From Eubacteriales bacterium (GTDB taxonomy: Bacteria; Bacillota; Clostridia; Lachnospirales; Lachnospiraceae), in NCBI GenBank assembly GCA_030524225.1, contig JAUNGV010000001.1:25916-89915 (forward strand): a stretch of 64,000 nucleotides of DNA, in the 5' to 3' direction. A program made the translations under genes and the position numbers. How positions within the stretch are numbered: the first letter of the stretch is position 1; every line of letters starts with the position of its first letter. Below are positions 42,635 to 51,950 of this stretch, piece by piece. A model generated the notes under the pieces. The model was not told the origin of the DNA and searched no databases. It worked only from the letters and a program-made list of their open reading frames with translations.

Positions 42635-43228
42635 ATGAAATATACGGGAATCAGAAAGGTGGCGGAGGGCAGGTTTCTCTCGTTTTACGAGGTGTATTAC
42701 GAGACGGGGGACGGAAAGCGCAAGGCGTATGAAATGGTCAGCCGAAACCGGTCGATGGCCTCACTGGCCGATGTGCAGAATGAAGGCGCGGTGGAGTCGG
42801 TGGTGATGATTATGCACGACGGAGAAGCGCATGAGCGTATCCTGCTCAACCGGGAATTCCGCATGGCGGTCGGAGGCTATTCCTATAATTTCCCGGCGGG
42901 ACTCGTTGATGCGGGAGAGTCTCTGGAAGAGGCTGTGGCGAGAGAGCTGCGGGAGGAGACGGGACTTACGCTGGTGCAGATCGAGGAGAGAATGGGTGTC
43001 AGTTACGCGGCGGTGGGAATCAGCAATGAGAGGAACCGCACGTTTATCGGGATTGCCCGGGGAGAGCTGGCGGAGAGTGATTCGAGCTTCGAGGAGACGA
43101 ACGCGGGCTGGTATACGAAGGAGGAAGTCCGGGAGCTGCTGAAAACAGAAGTTTTCGCCGCGCGGGCACAGGCGTACTGCTATCTGTGGGCCCGCAGCAC
43201 AGAAGAAGGAACCGGAGCGGAGACATGA
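42635..43228 (+). CDS. NUDIX hydrolase (ADP-ribose pyrophosphatase-like)
   Basis: Nudix box GLVDAGESLEEAVARELREETGL. Confidence 0.9.
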   Translation: MKYTGIRKVAEGRFLSFYEVYYETGDGKRKAYEMVSRNRSMASLADVQNEGAVESVVMIMHDGEAHERILLNREFRMAVGGYSYNFPAGLVDAGESLEEAVARELREETGLTLVQIEERMGVSYAAVGISNERNRTFIGIARGELAESDSSFEETNAGWYTKEEVRELLKTEVFAARAQAYCYLWARSTEEGTGAET

Positions 43229-43244
43229 GAATGTATGGAATCTT

Positions 43245-43324
43245 GATGCGTTCTGCTGATGTCTGATGTGTCCTGCTGATGTTGGATGCATCCTGCCAAT
43301 GTCCGATGACTCCTGCCGGTGCAG
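43245..43324. repeat. Four degenerate 20-bp tandem repeats
   Basis: GATGCGTTCTGCTGATGTCT / GATGTGTCCTGCTGATGTTG / GATGCATCCTGCCAATGTCC / GATGACTCCTGCCGGTGCAG. Confidence 0.7.
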
Positions 43325-43372
43325 CGAAGATTTGTTTGCGGATAGAAGCCGGGAAAGAAAACGAGCGCCTGT

Positions 43373-44833
43373 TTACAGGCGCTCGTCGCTTATCTGGTCG
43401 AGAAGTGAGATTTTCAGATCATAGAGCTTTTTGGAGAGATCGACGTGTACCTCGTGGGGATTGACGAGACGCCTTGACTCATCCCAGAGCGTTTCCTGCT
43501 CCTCCAGACAGTAGGAGCGGATCGCCATCGTCTCCGGAGAGGTGTAGCAGCACTCGCCGCCCTTAAACAGAGGAATCATCAGCTCGCGCAGGGAGTATTC
43601 GCCGGGACGGAGCTTCGTCTTTTTCCACGGTTCGTAGGGATCGAAGAGCAGAAGCGGTTCCTCCTCGGAAAAGACTTCGTCCTCGAGGCAGATCAGGTCG
43701 GCCTTGATCTTGTGTGCGGGCTCCTCATAGACGCGGTAGATCTTCTTATTGCCGGGATTCGTGATCTTCTCGGAATTCTCGGAGAGCTTGATCTTGGGAA
43801 TGAAGGCGCCGTCCTCTCCCATCACGGCGGCGAGCTTGTAGACGCCGCCAAAGGCCGGATTGTCCTTGGCAGTGATCAGGTTCGTGCCGACGCCCCAGGA
43901 GGTGATCGCCGCGCCCTGTGTTTTCAGGGAATCGATCAGGTACTCGTCGAGGTCGTTGGAGGCGGAGATGATCGCATCGGGGAATCCCGCCTCATCGAGC
44001 ATACGGCGCGCTTTCTTGGAGAGATACGCGAGGTCGCCGGAGTCGAGGCGGATGCCGTAGCCCTTCAAGTCCACACCCTTTTCCTTCATATAGCGGAAGG
44101 TCCGGATCGCATTCGGAACACCGGATTTGAGGGTGTCGTAGGTATCCACGAGCAGGATGCAGGCATTCGGATAGAGGTCGGCATACGTCTTGAAAGCGGT
44201 GAGCTCGTCGTCAAAGCTCATGATCCAGCTGTGGGCGTGGGTCCCCTTGACCGGTACGCCGAAGAGCTCACCGCAGAGCACGTTGGAGGTGCCGACACAG
44301 CCGGCGATCACCGCAGCCCGCGCGCCGTAGGTGCCCGCATCGGGTCCCTGCGCTCTGCGCAGACCGAATTCCATGATCCCGTCTCCACGGGCCGCATAGC
44401 AGATCCGCGCGGCCTTCGTTGCGATCAGGCTCTGATGATTGATGATATTCAGGATAGCGGTCTCCACGAGCTGCGCCTCCATGATCGGAGCGACGATCTT
44501 CACGAGAGGCTCTCTCGGAAAGATCAGAGTGCCCTCCGGGATCGCGTACACATCGCCGGTGAAGCGGAAATCGGCGAGATAGTCAAGAAAATCCCGGTCA
44601 AAAATGCCAAGACCCGCCAGATAGTCGATGTCCTGTCTGCTGAAGTGCAGCTCCCTGATATACTTGACAAGCTGTTCCACGCCGCACATGATCGAATAGC
44701 CGCCTCCGCAGGGATTGCTGCGGAAAAAGGCGTCAAAAATGACGGTCTTGTTCTGATCCTTATGTTTAAAATATCCCTGCATCATCGTCAGCTCATACAG
44801 ATCGGTGAGCAGTGTAAGATTCTGTCGGTCCAT
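43373..44833 (-). CDS. pncB: Nicotinate phosphoribosyltransferase
   Basis: LLTDLYELTM, EFGLRRAQG, GTHAHSW, LVDTYD, IRLDSGDL. Confidence 0.96.
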   Translation of the reverse strand: MDRQNLTLLTDLYELTMMQGYFKHKDQNKTVIFDAFFRSNPCGGGYSIMCGVEQLVKYIRELHFSRQDIDYLAGLGIFDRDFLDYLADFRFTGDVYAIPEGTLIFPREPLVKIVAPIMEAQLVETAILNIINHQSLIATKAARICYAARGDGIMEFGLRRAQGPDAGTYGARAAVIAGCVGTSNVLCGELFGVPVKGTHAHSWIMSFDDELTAFKTYADLYPNACILLVDTYDTLKSGVPNAIRTFRYMKEKGVDLKGYGIRLDSGDLAYLSKKARRMLDEAGFPDAIISASNDLDEYLIDSLKTQGAAITSWGVGTNLITAKDNPAFGGVYKLAAVMGEDGAFIPKIKLSENSEKITNPGNKKIYRVYEEPAHKIKADLICLEDEVFSEEEPLLLFDPYEPWKKTKLRPGEYSLRELMIPLFKGGECCYTSPETMAIRSYCLEEQETLWDESRRLVNPHEVHVDLSKKLYDLKISLLDQISDERL

Positions 44834-45021
44834 TTCTCCCCCTCATGTCAGAGCGCTTTTTACTCAGATTGCACGGATGCCGTATGGCATAGGCGCAATC
44901 TTTTCCTTCACGCCGGTCTCCTGCTCCCACGTCTGCGGCGGATGCCCCGGACGGTGAGGAAGCATTGCTGTTTTTCTTTACTATAGCACAAAAAGCGCTG
45001 CAGTTCAGCAGAGAATTTGCA

Positions 45022-45190
45022 GTAACAGCTCAGCCAGCCGGAAGCAAGAGGAGCAAATCGTGCTCGCACGAATTTGTGCCGCTTGTTTCCGGCTGAGGGA
45101 GCGCCGGATCATGAGCAAAGGCAGCCGCGAGGCGGCGGAGAGCGAGGCAGCGCGGCTTTGCTCATGATCTGGCGCGGGCTGAACTGTTAC
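45022..45190 (+). repeat. MITE/REP-like element, family D copy 1 (169 bp, 14-bp terminal inverted repeats)
   Basis: GTAACAGCTCAGCC...GGCTGAACTGTTAC; two long internal hairpins; homologous to 56411-56750. Confidence 0.85.
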
Positions 45191-45373
45191 ACGGAGGAGA
45201 ACAGCGGCATTCCGGAATGGGAGGAGGAAATCAGCGGTATATCGAAATTTACGGAGGGAAATTCTGCATACGGGATTTGTCAGAAGGAGACTTGTGGAGT
45301 ATAATACGAAAGATGCGCCGGAGAATTGCAGTCTCCGTTTGCCGCGGACATTATTTTGACACAGAGGTAGGAT

Positions 45374-47173
45374 ATGAAAAAACTCACGGTTTATTTAAAG
45401 GATTACAGGAAGGAAAGCGTGCTCGCACCTCTTTTTAAGATGCTGGAGGCGCTTTTTGATCTTTTTGTGCCGCTGGTGGTGGCAGCGATCATTGACCGGG
45501 GCATCGCGGGGGGAGAGCGTTCGTATATTCTGCAGATGTGCGGACTGCTCGTTCTGTTGGCGGCGATCGGGCTGACCTGCAGCATCACGGCGCAGTTCTT
45601 TGCGGCCAAGGCCAGCGTGGGCTTTGCGGCGAAGCTGCGGCAGGCGCTCTTTGACCATATCGGGACATTTTCGTTTGGAACGCTCGATACGCTCGGCACG
45701 AATACGCTGATTACGCGGATGACGAGCGATATTAATCAGGTGCAGAATGGTCTGAATCTGGCGCTGCGTCTGCTGCTGCGCAGTCCTTTCATTGTGTTTG
45801 GCGCGATGATTATGGCGTTCACGATCGATTTCACCTGCGCACTTGTGTTCGTCGTGGCGATTCCGCTGCTGTGCGTTGTGGTATTCGGGATTATGCTCGT
45901 CAGCATTCCGATGTTCCGGAAAGTACAGGCCGGACTGGACAAAGTGCTCGGCATCACGCGTGAGAATCTGACCGGTGTTCGAGTGATCCGCGCCTTTAAC
46001 AAAGAAGAGAGTGAAATCGGGGAGTTTGATCAGAGAAATGAGACGCTGACCTCGCTGCAGAAATTTGTGGGGCGTTTCTCAGCGCTGATGAATCCTGTGA
46101 CGTATGTGATTATCAATGTGGCGACGATCGTACTGATCCAGCAGGGCGCGCTGAAGGTGCAGATGGGCAGTCTGACGCAGGGAGAAGTCGTCGCTCTGTA
46201 CAATTACATGGCGCAGATTCTTGTCGAGCTTGTAAAACTCGCAAATTTGATTATATCGATCACCAAGGCTCTCGCCTGCGCAAGCCGCGTGGAGAAAGTG
46301 CTCGAGGTGGAGCCTGGTATGGTGTATCCGGAGAGCGGAACCGTGCAGGGCAGGACCGCGGTGAAAGCGGCGAACGGAGCGGAGCAGGGTATGTCTGCGC
46401 CGGAACCGGAGAACAGTGTGCGGCAGACGGGAAACGGCGCGGGTGTGACGTTCAGAGATGTCACGTTTACCTATGAAGGAGCAGGAGCCCCCTCGCTCTC
46501 GGAGATCAGCTTTACAGCGAAGAGCGGTCAGACGATTGGTATCATCGGAGGTACGGGCAGCGGCAAGACGAGCCTTGTGAATCTGATTCCCCGGTTCTAC
46601 GATGTGCAGGAAGGGACGGTCATGGTGGACGGCAGAGACGTCCGTTCGTATGCGAAGGGAGAACTGCTCGGACTGATCGGCGTCGTACCGCAGAGAGCTG
46701 CCCTGTTCGAGGGAACGATCCGCGACAATATGCGCTGGGGCAAAGAGGATGCGACGGATGAAGAAATCTGGCAGGCACTCTCCGTGGCGCAGGCGAAAGA
46801 GGTTGTAGAAGGCAAAAACGGACAGCTTGATTTCCATCTGGAACAGGGCGGACGAAACCTCTCCGGTGGACAGAAGCAGCGCCTGACGATAGCGAGAGCG
46901 CTGGTCAAGAAACCGCGCATCCTGATTCTGGACGATTCCGCAAGCGCGCTCGATTTCGCGACAGACGCGGCACTGCGGAAAGCCATCCGGGAAATGGAAG
47001 GGAGCGCGACTGTATTCATCGTCTCACAGCGAACCTCCAGCATTCGCTATGCCGACCGCATCCTGGTTCTGGACGACGGCAAACTGGCAGGCCAGGGTAC
47101 CCACGAAGAATTGCTGGAAACCTGTGAAGTCTATCAGGAAATCTATTATTCACAATATCCGGACAAACGCTGA
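45374..47173 (+). CDS. Heterodimeric ABC exporter, TMD-NBD subunit with degenerate site
   Basis: Six TM helices; GGTGSGKT, LSGGQKQR, degenerate Walker B LDDS and switch SQR. Confidence 0.93.
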   Translation: MKKLTVYLKDYRKESVLAPLFKMLEALFDLFVPLVVAAIIDRGIAGGERSYILQMCGLLVLLAAIGLTCSITAQFFAAKASVGFAAKLRQALFDHIGTFSFGTLDTLGTNTLITRMTSDINQVQNGLNLALRLLLRSPFIVFGAMIMAFTIDFTCALVFVVAIPLLCVVVFGIMLVSIPMFRKVQAGLDKVLGITRENLTGVRVIRAFNKEESEIGEFDQRNETLTSLQKFVGRFSALMNPVTYVIINVATIVLIQQGALKVQMGSLTQGEVVALYNYMAQILVELVKLANLIISITKALACASRVEKVLEVEPGMVYPESGTVQGRTAVKAANGAEQGMSAPEPENSVRQTGNGAGVTFRDVTFTYEGAGAPSLSEISFTAKSGQTIGIIGGTGSGKTSLVNLIPRFYDVQEGTVMVDGRDVRSYAKGELLGLIGVVPQRAALFEGTIRDNMRWGKEDATDEEIWQALSVAQAKEVVEGKNGQLDFHLEQGGRNLSGGQKQRLTIARALVKKPRILILDDSASALDFATDAALRKAIREMEGSATVFIVSQRTSSIRYADRILVLDDGKLAGQGTHEELLETCEVYQEIYYSQYPDKR

Positions 47174-47302
47174 GCCGTGCACAGTCCACCATCCCAAAGG
47201 ATGCGCCGTGCTCGCACGGAAGCATCCTTTGGGATGGCGGATTGTATAGGGCGAAGCCCGGCGAACGAGCCGGAGCAAAGCGAAGGCGAGGGAGCGCACG
47301 GC
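47172..47302 (+). repeat. Structured element, family E copy 1
   Basis: GCCGTGC/GCACGGC closing stem, ~24-bp arm, CCGTGC-TC-GCACGG cap, GGGCGAAGCCC hairpin. Confidence 0.8.
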
Positions 47303-47335
47303 ACACTGTACTTGCGCGGTGGCAGGAGAAAAAAT

Positions 47336-49090
47336 ATGGCACAAAAAAAATCAAACAACGCAAACTCATCCAGTAATAAAACACTCAGCAAGGTATTACA
47401 TTATATCGGACAGTACAAGTTTCTGCTGGTCCTGTCTGTAATACTGGCGGCGGTGACAGTGATTCTGACACTGTACGTTCCGATTCTATTCGGAGATGCG
47501 ATCGACGATATTGTGGCAAAAGGGCAGGTGGATTTTGACCTGATTGCATTCTATATGAAGCGGATTGCAGTGCTCGTCATACTGACGGCGGTGCTGCAGT
47601 GGCTCATGAACACGGTCAACAACAGAATTACCTATCACATCGTCAGAGATATTCGCGCCAAGGCATTCCGCCGTATCCAGATTCTGCCGCTTTCCTATCT
47701 CGACGGCCACAGCACTGGCGATATTGTCAGCCGTGTGATCGCGGATGTGGATCAGTTCACGGACGGTCTGCTGATGGGCTTTACCCAGCTGTTCACCGGA
47801 GTGGTGACGATTGTGGCGACGCTCGTCTTCATGCTTTCCAAGAGCGTTCCGATCACTGTTCTTGTAGTGCTGCTCACCCCGATCAGCTTCCTGGTGGCCC
47901 GCTTTATTGCGACCCGTACTTTTCATATGTTCCGTATGCAGAGTGAGACGCGGGGAAAGCAAACGGCGCTGACAGAGGAAATGATCGGCAATCAGAAGGT
48001 GGTTAAGGCGTTTGGCTACGAGGAGAGAGCGAAGGAGCGGTTTGCCGCAATCAACCGGGATCTGGAGACGTACAGCCTGAAAGCGGTCTTTTACAGCAGC
48101 CTGACAAATCCGGCAACGCGGTGCGTCAACAGCCTGATCTATGCGGCGGTGGCCCTCGTCGGTGCGTTCTTCGTGATTGGCGGAACGCTGACGGTCGGCG
48201 GTTTGAGCGTGCTCCTCTCCTACGCGAACCAGTATACCAAACCGTTCAATGATATCAGCAGCGTGATCACAGAGCTGCAGAACGCTCTGGCCTGCGCGTC
48301 CCGCGTGTTTGAACTGATTGAGCAGGAGCCGCAGACCCCGGATGCTCCCGAGGTGCTCCCGTCCGTACAGGGAGACGTGGAACTGAAGAATGTCTTTTTC
48401 AGCTATGATAAAAACAAGCGCCTGATTGAGGACTTCTCCATTCACGCGAAGCCCGGCATGCGGATTGCAATTGTGGGACCCACCGGCTGCGGCAAGACGA
48501 CGCTGATTAACCTGCTGATGCGTTTTTACGATGCGGACAGCGGTTCGATTCATGTGGACGGTACGAATATCTACGACGTCACGCGCCATTCCCTGCGCGC
48601 CAATTACGGTATGGTACTGCAGGAGACATGGCTGAAAAATGCAACGGTGCGTGAGAATATCACGATCGGCAAACCGGATGCGACCGAGGAGGAACTGATC
48701 ACAGCGGCGAAAGAGGCGCACAGTTATGAGTTTATCAGACGGCTTCCGGATGGATTTGATACCGTTCTGACAGATGACAGCGTCAGCCAGGGACAGAAAC
48801 AGCTCCTCTGCATCACACGCGTCATGCTCTGCCTGCCGCCGATGCTGATTCTCGACGAGGCGACCTCGAGTATCGATACCAGAACAGAGCTGCAGATACA
48901 GGAAGCCTTCCAGAAGATGATGAAAGGCCGCACCAGCTTCATCGTAGCCCACCGTCTCTCCACGATCCGCACCGCCGACGTCATCATCGTCATGAACGAA
49001 GGCCACATCATAGAACAAGGCAACCACGAAACCCTTCTCAACAAAGGCGGTTTCTACGCGAAGCTGTATAATTCACAATTTGCGCGCTAA
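47336..49090 (+). CDS. Heterodimeric ABC exporter, TMD-NBD subunit with consensus catalytic residues
   Basis: AGGAG RBS, ATG 47336; GPTGCGKTT, VSQGQKQL, LDEATSSID, AHRLST. Confidence 0.93.
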   Translation: MAQKKSNNANSSSNKTLSKVLHYIGQYKFLLVLSVILAAVTVILTLYVPILFGDAIDDIVAKGQVDFDLIAFYMKRIAVLVILTAVLQWLMNTVNNRITYHIVRDIRAKAFRRIQILPLSYLDGHSTGDIVSRVIADVDQFTDGLLMGFTQLFTGVVTIVATLVFMLSKSVPITVLVVLLTPISFLVARFIATRTFHMFRMQSETRGKQTALTEEMIGNQKVVKAFGYEERAKERFAAINRDLETYSLKAVFYSSLTNPATRCVNSLIYAAVALVGAFFVIGGTLTVGGLSVLLSYANQYTKPFNDISSVITELQNALACASRVFELIEQEPQTPDAPEVLPSVQGDVELKNVFFSYDKNKRLIEDFSIHAKPGMRIAIVGPTGCGKTTLINLLMRFYDADSGSIHVDGTNIYDVTRHSLRANYGMVLQETWLKNATVRENITIGKPDATEEELITAAKEAHSYEFIRRLPDGFDTVLTDDSVSQGQKQLLCITRVMLCLPPMLILDEATSSIDTRTELQIQEAFQKMMKGRTSFIVAHRLSTIRTADVIIVMNEGHIIEQGNHETLLNKGGFYAKLYNSQFAR

Positions 49091-49093
49091 ACA

Positions 49094-49295
49094 GAGCCGT
49101 GCGTAAACCAAAAACGGAACATTGCGCCATGCTTGCATGGAAGCAATGTTCTGTTTTTGCGTTTACATAGGGCGAAGCCCGCGACCGCCCCGGAGCGAAG
49201 CGAAGGGGAGGGCGAGCACGGCGGAGGGAGGAAGCACGGGGCGAAGCCCGCGACCGCCCCGGAGCGAAGCGAAGGGGAGGTCGGGCACGGCGGAG
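49094..49295 (+). repeat. Structured element, family E copy 2 with a tandem duplication of its right half
   Basis: Same scaffold as 47172-47302; 42-mer repeated at 49170 and 49239. Confidence 0.8.
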
Positions 49296-49420
49296 TAGAG
49301 GGAGCCATGCGGGGCGGAGAGCGACAGGCAGCTCGTCATTGACGGCGAACATATGGATGACTGGGCGGCTAGTATTCAGTTATTTATGGCCTATCAGTTC
49401 GACAAACTGGAATTTGACAA

Positions 49421-49648
49421 TCAGAGCAGTCCCATGTTGCTTAATATCTCCTTTGCTTTGGCATAGTTACCTTCAGCAACATAAATATTTTCTCCATACT
49501 TAGAGTTTCCGCCATATAAATTCATAAGTCCCGCGTTTCCTAAATCTTCTTTAAGTGCTGGGATACCATTTTCCTTCAAAGTGTTGATTATCATTTCAGC
49601 CTGAAGGTTATCATCTGATGTAAATAATTTAGTCAACTTTTCCTCCAT
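49421..49648 (-). CDS. Small DUF2007-like protein
   Basis: AEMIINTLKENGIPA...IYVAEGNYAKAKEIL pattern; AAGGAGG RBS 7 nt before ATG 49648. Confidence 0.7.
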   Translation of the reverse strand: MEEKLTKLFTSDDNLQAEMIINTLKENGIPALKEDLGNAGLMNLYGGNSKYGENIYVAEGNYAKAKEILSNMGLL

Positions 49649-49702
49649 AACCATACCTCCTTTTTATTTATTGCTTCAAACTTGTAACTTCCAATTTCTG
49701 CA

Positions 49703-50107
49703 TTATTCATCGCCTTTAACCAGATAAAGCAAATCATCATATCCTGACTGCTTGAGTAATTGTTCAAACCCAGAAAACACTTCTTCTTTTGTATAATTAT
49801 TGCTCTCTAAAAACTCACTGTCTTTTTCACTAAGGTGCTGATAAAAAAGAGCAGCAGCCATCACCTCATCTCTATTCGAGTAATCAATGCCATCTAAAAG
49901 TATGTTCTCAGCTTCATTGATTTGTCCTACATCAATCATATTCAGAAAATCTTTCAAATTTTTCCCAGATACTTCATACTTGTTTCCTTTTTCTAATTCA
50001 ACAGAAACATACTTTTTCCCAAACGCTAAAGAAAATAATATTCTTACCATTTCTTTTATCATTCGCATAATATAATCTTTTTCATCTGTAAAATCCAATG
50101 GTTTCAT
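49703..50107 (-). CDS. Small acidic helical protein, DUF6483-like
   Basis: EKDYIMRMIKEM...INEAEN...FY...DSEFLESNNYTKEE; true start may be TTG at 50098. Confidence 0.65.
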   Translation of the reverse strand: MKPLDFTDEKDYIMRMIKEMVRILFSLAFGKKYVSVELEKGNKYEVSGKNLKDFLNMIDVGQINEAENILLDGIDYSNRDEVMAAALFYQHLSEKDSEFLESNNYTKEEVFSGFEQLLKQSGYDDLLYLVKGDE

Positions 50108-50132
50108 CTCCCCAACTTCCGATTTGTCGCTA

Positions 50133-51056
50133 CTAAGCCATCCAATCCTTTATTTCCTCGGATAGGTGTTTTTCAATGTCTATTCTCGTTTGTCTGCATT
50201 CCTTCGGATGCTCTTTTGCAGACCTAAAAACAAATTTCAAAATCTGTTTGGAAAATGGGGCAATGCTTTTCATAAAGGATTCCGGAATTACAAAATGCGT
50301 CCCATATTGATAAACAAGTGCCTGATATTCACAGTCATGAGGTCTGTTTTTCAGCCGTTCATCCATTCTGCGAACGTATTTCGCAGTGTTCCAAAAGCTG
50401 TCGTCTTCAGCGGCAACCAAAAACAATCTGCCTTTAATGTTTTCCACCTTTATCATCTGCTCTTCGGTGAGGGGATTGGCTTTTTCGCTGTCATTAAAAA
50501 TCCATGTTGACCTTATCATATCACCGGAACCTTTGGTCTCTTCTATTATTTTCCGGCCGTATTCCGGATGCTGATAAACAAAGGGCATATACGCAAGCGC
50601 TTTGCCCTGCCATGATAATGTTGACGCATTTGGAATCGGCCACTCGGTAACGCCGTCTTTTTTGCCCTGTTCAAAACCTTGCCACACAAAGTCTGACGGG
50701 GTAAGCGCAATTGTCAATGTGATTTCAGGATAATACGAAGCTGCAGCTAATGCTGACATGCCTGTTGTTGACATGCCGAGAATACCGACCTTCTGATTTC
50801 CGTTCGTACGTAACCATTGCACAGCCGCCCCGATTCGTTCAATCGGATAATTAACGTGGTTGTAACTCTTCTTTGCAGGAGACATAGTCATCACATTGAG
50901 GCCAAAACTCATAAGCCATTTTGCTCCGCGTTTTGCCAGATAGTCACCCGCATCGTCTCCAAGCATGGCAATCACAGCGCACTTTGACGGTTTTTGATTT
51001 TTAAAATAAATTCCGTAGAATCCGTCTGCTTCGTTTGAAAAATGCTGACCTTTCAT
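50133..51056 (-). CDS. Alpha/beta hydrolase, acyl-CoA thioesterase/BAAT C-terminal-like
   Basis: Nucleophile elbow GILGMSTTG, IKVENIKGRLFLVAAEDDSFW (Asp), YQYGTH (His). Confidence 0.75.
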   Translation of the reverse strand: MKGQHFSNEADGFYGIYFKNQKPSKCAVIAMLGDDAGDYLAKRGAKWLMSFGLNVMTMSPAKKSYNHVNYPIERIGAAVQWLRTNGNQKVGILGMSTTGMSALAAASYYPEITLTIALTPSDFVWQGFEQGKKDGVTEWPIPNASTLSWQGKALAYMPFVYQHPEYGRKIIEETKGSGDMIRSTWIFNDSEKANPLTEEQMIKVENIKGRLFLVAAEDDSFWNTAKYVRRMDERLKNRPHDCEYQALVYQYGTHFVIPESFMKSIAPFSKQILKFVFRSAKEHPKECRQTRIDIEKHLSEEIKDWMA

Positions 51057-51111
51057 AATCGTTCCTTCGTAAATTTATAAATTCCGATTTACTGCGCTGT
51101 TTGATAACCTC

Positions 51112-51140
51112 ATTATATTATGCAGCCATGAAGTTCTCAA
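51112..51140 (-). promoter_or_regulatory. Near-consensus sigma-A promoter reading into the three-gene array
   Basis: Minus strand TTGAGA (51140-51135)-N17-TATAAT (51117-51112). Confidence 0.7.
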
Positions 51141-51324
51141 TGTTTATGCTGCTTGTCAGGACGAAACTTGAACATTGCAGAAATCAGTTGTTGTTTCACA
51201 TATTCCTCAACGTCTGCAGTTATTTTAAATATTCCTTGCCGGTTTCCTGTTCTGCAAATTGGACAAACTTTCCCTTTATCAGATCATCAAGAGAGGAGCA
51301 AAGCCAGTGTCAAGTCTCCCTGAA

Positions 51325-51353
51325 TTGACGGTATGCCGGACTCTCACTATAAT
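51325..51353 (+). promoter_or_regulatory. Near-consensus sigma-A promoter of the LytTR regulator
   Basis: TTGACG-N17-TATAAT. Confidence 0.75.
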
Positions 51354-51404
51354 AATCGTATTGCTGCGGAACTTGGAAAAAGAGTGAGTGCGGGGGAGGA
51401 CGCT

Positions 51405-51950
51405 ATGATCAGAATAGCAATTGTAGAGGATGAGAGTATGTATTCAGATACCTTGCAGCAGTATCTGGAACGCTACGGGCAGGAAATCGGGGAGGTTTTT
51501 CAGACGGCGGTCTATTCGGACGGGGACGAGATTCTGGAAAATTATAAAGGACAGTATGACATCATTCTCATGGATATCGAGATGCAGTACATGGATGGAA
51601 TGAGCACGGCGGAGGAAATTAGAAAGAGCGATCAGAAGGTGATTATTATCTTTATCACGAGAGTGGCCCAGTATGCCATACGGGGGTATGCGGTGGATGC
51701 GCTTGACTATGTGCTCAAGCCGGTGTCGTATTTCGCTTTTACCCAGCGGTTGGGAAGGGCGATTTCCCGGATGAGGAAACGGGAGACGCGATATATCACG
51801 ATTACCTCCAAAAGCGGCATTCTGAATGTGGCGCTTTCCGATCTGATCTGGATTGAGAGCAGAGGGCACCGAGTGGTTTACTACACTGTCCAGCAGCAGT
51901 TCGAGTCCACGGTGTATTCCATGAAAGAACTGGAGAAGAAGCTTATCTGA
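51405..51950 (+). pseudogene. LytTR/AlgR-family response regulator, 3' truncated
   Basis: IAIVEDE, LMDIEM, GYAVDALDYVLKPV, WIESRGH; ends at MKELEKKLI before the expected F.R.H.S..VN LytTR motif. Confidence 0.8.

Larger units (their letters stand above)
49404..51140 (-). mobile_element. Putative gene-cassette array (three AT-rich genes bounded by four 12-bp sites)
   Basis: Sites at 49404-49415 (inverted), 49686-49697, 50114-50125, 51079-51090; sharp drop in GC; no recombinase in the window. Confidence 0.55.

Noticed and set aside
47172-47190. GAGCCGTG starts resembling group II intron domain V
   Set aside because: No 34-nt domain V hairpin, domain VI or reverse transcriptase ORF; GCCGTGC instead pairs with GCACGGC ~125 nt downstream.
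49404-51090. Classical integron with attC sites
   Set aside because: No intI and no attC-type long imperfect hairpins with RYYYAAC/GTTRRRY ends; retained only as an integron-analogous hypothesis.
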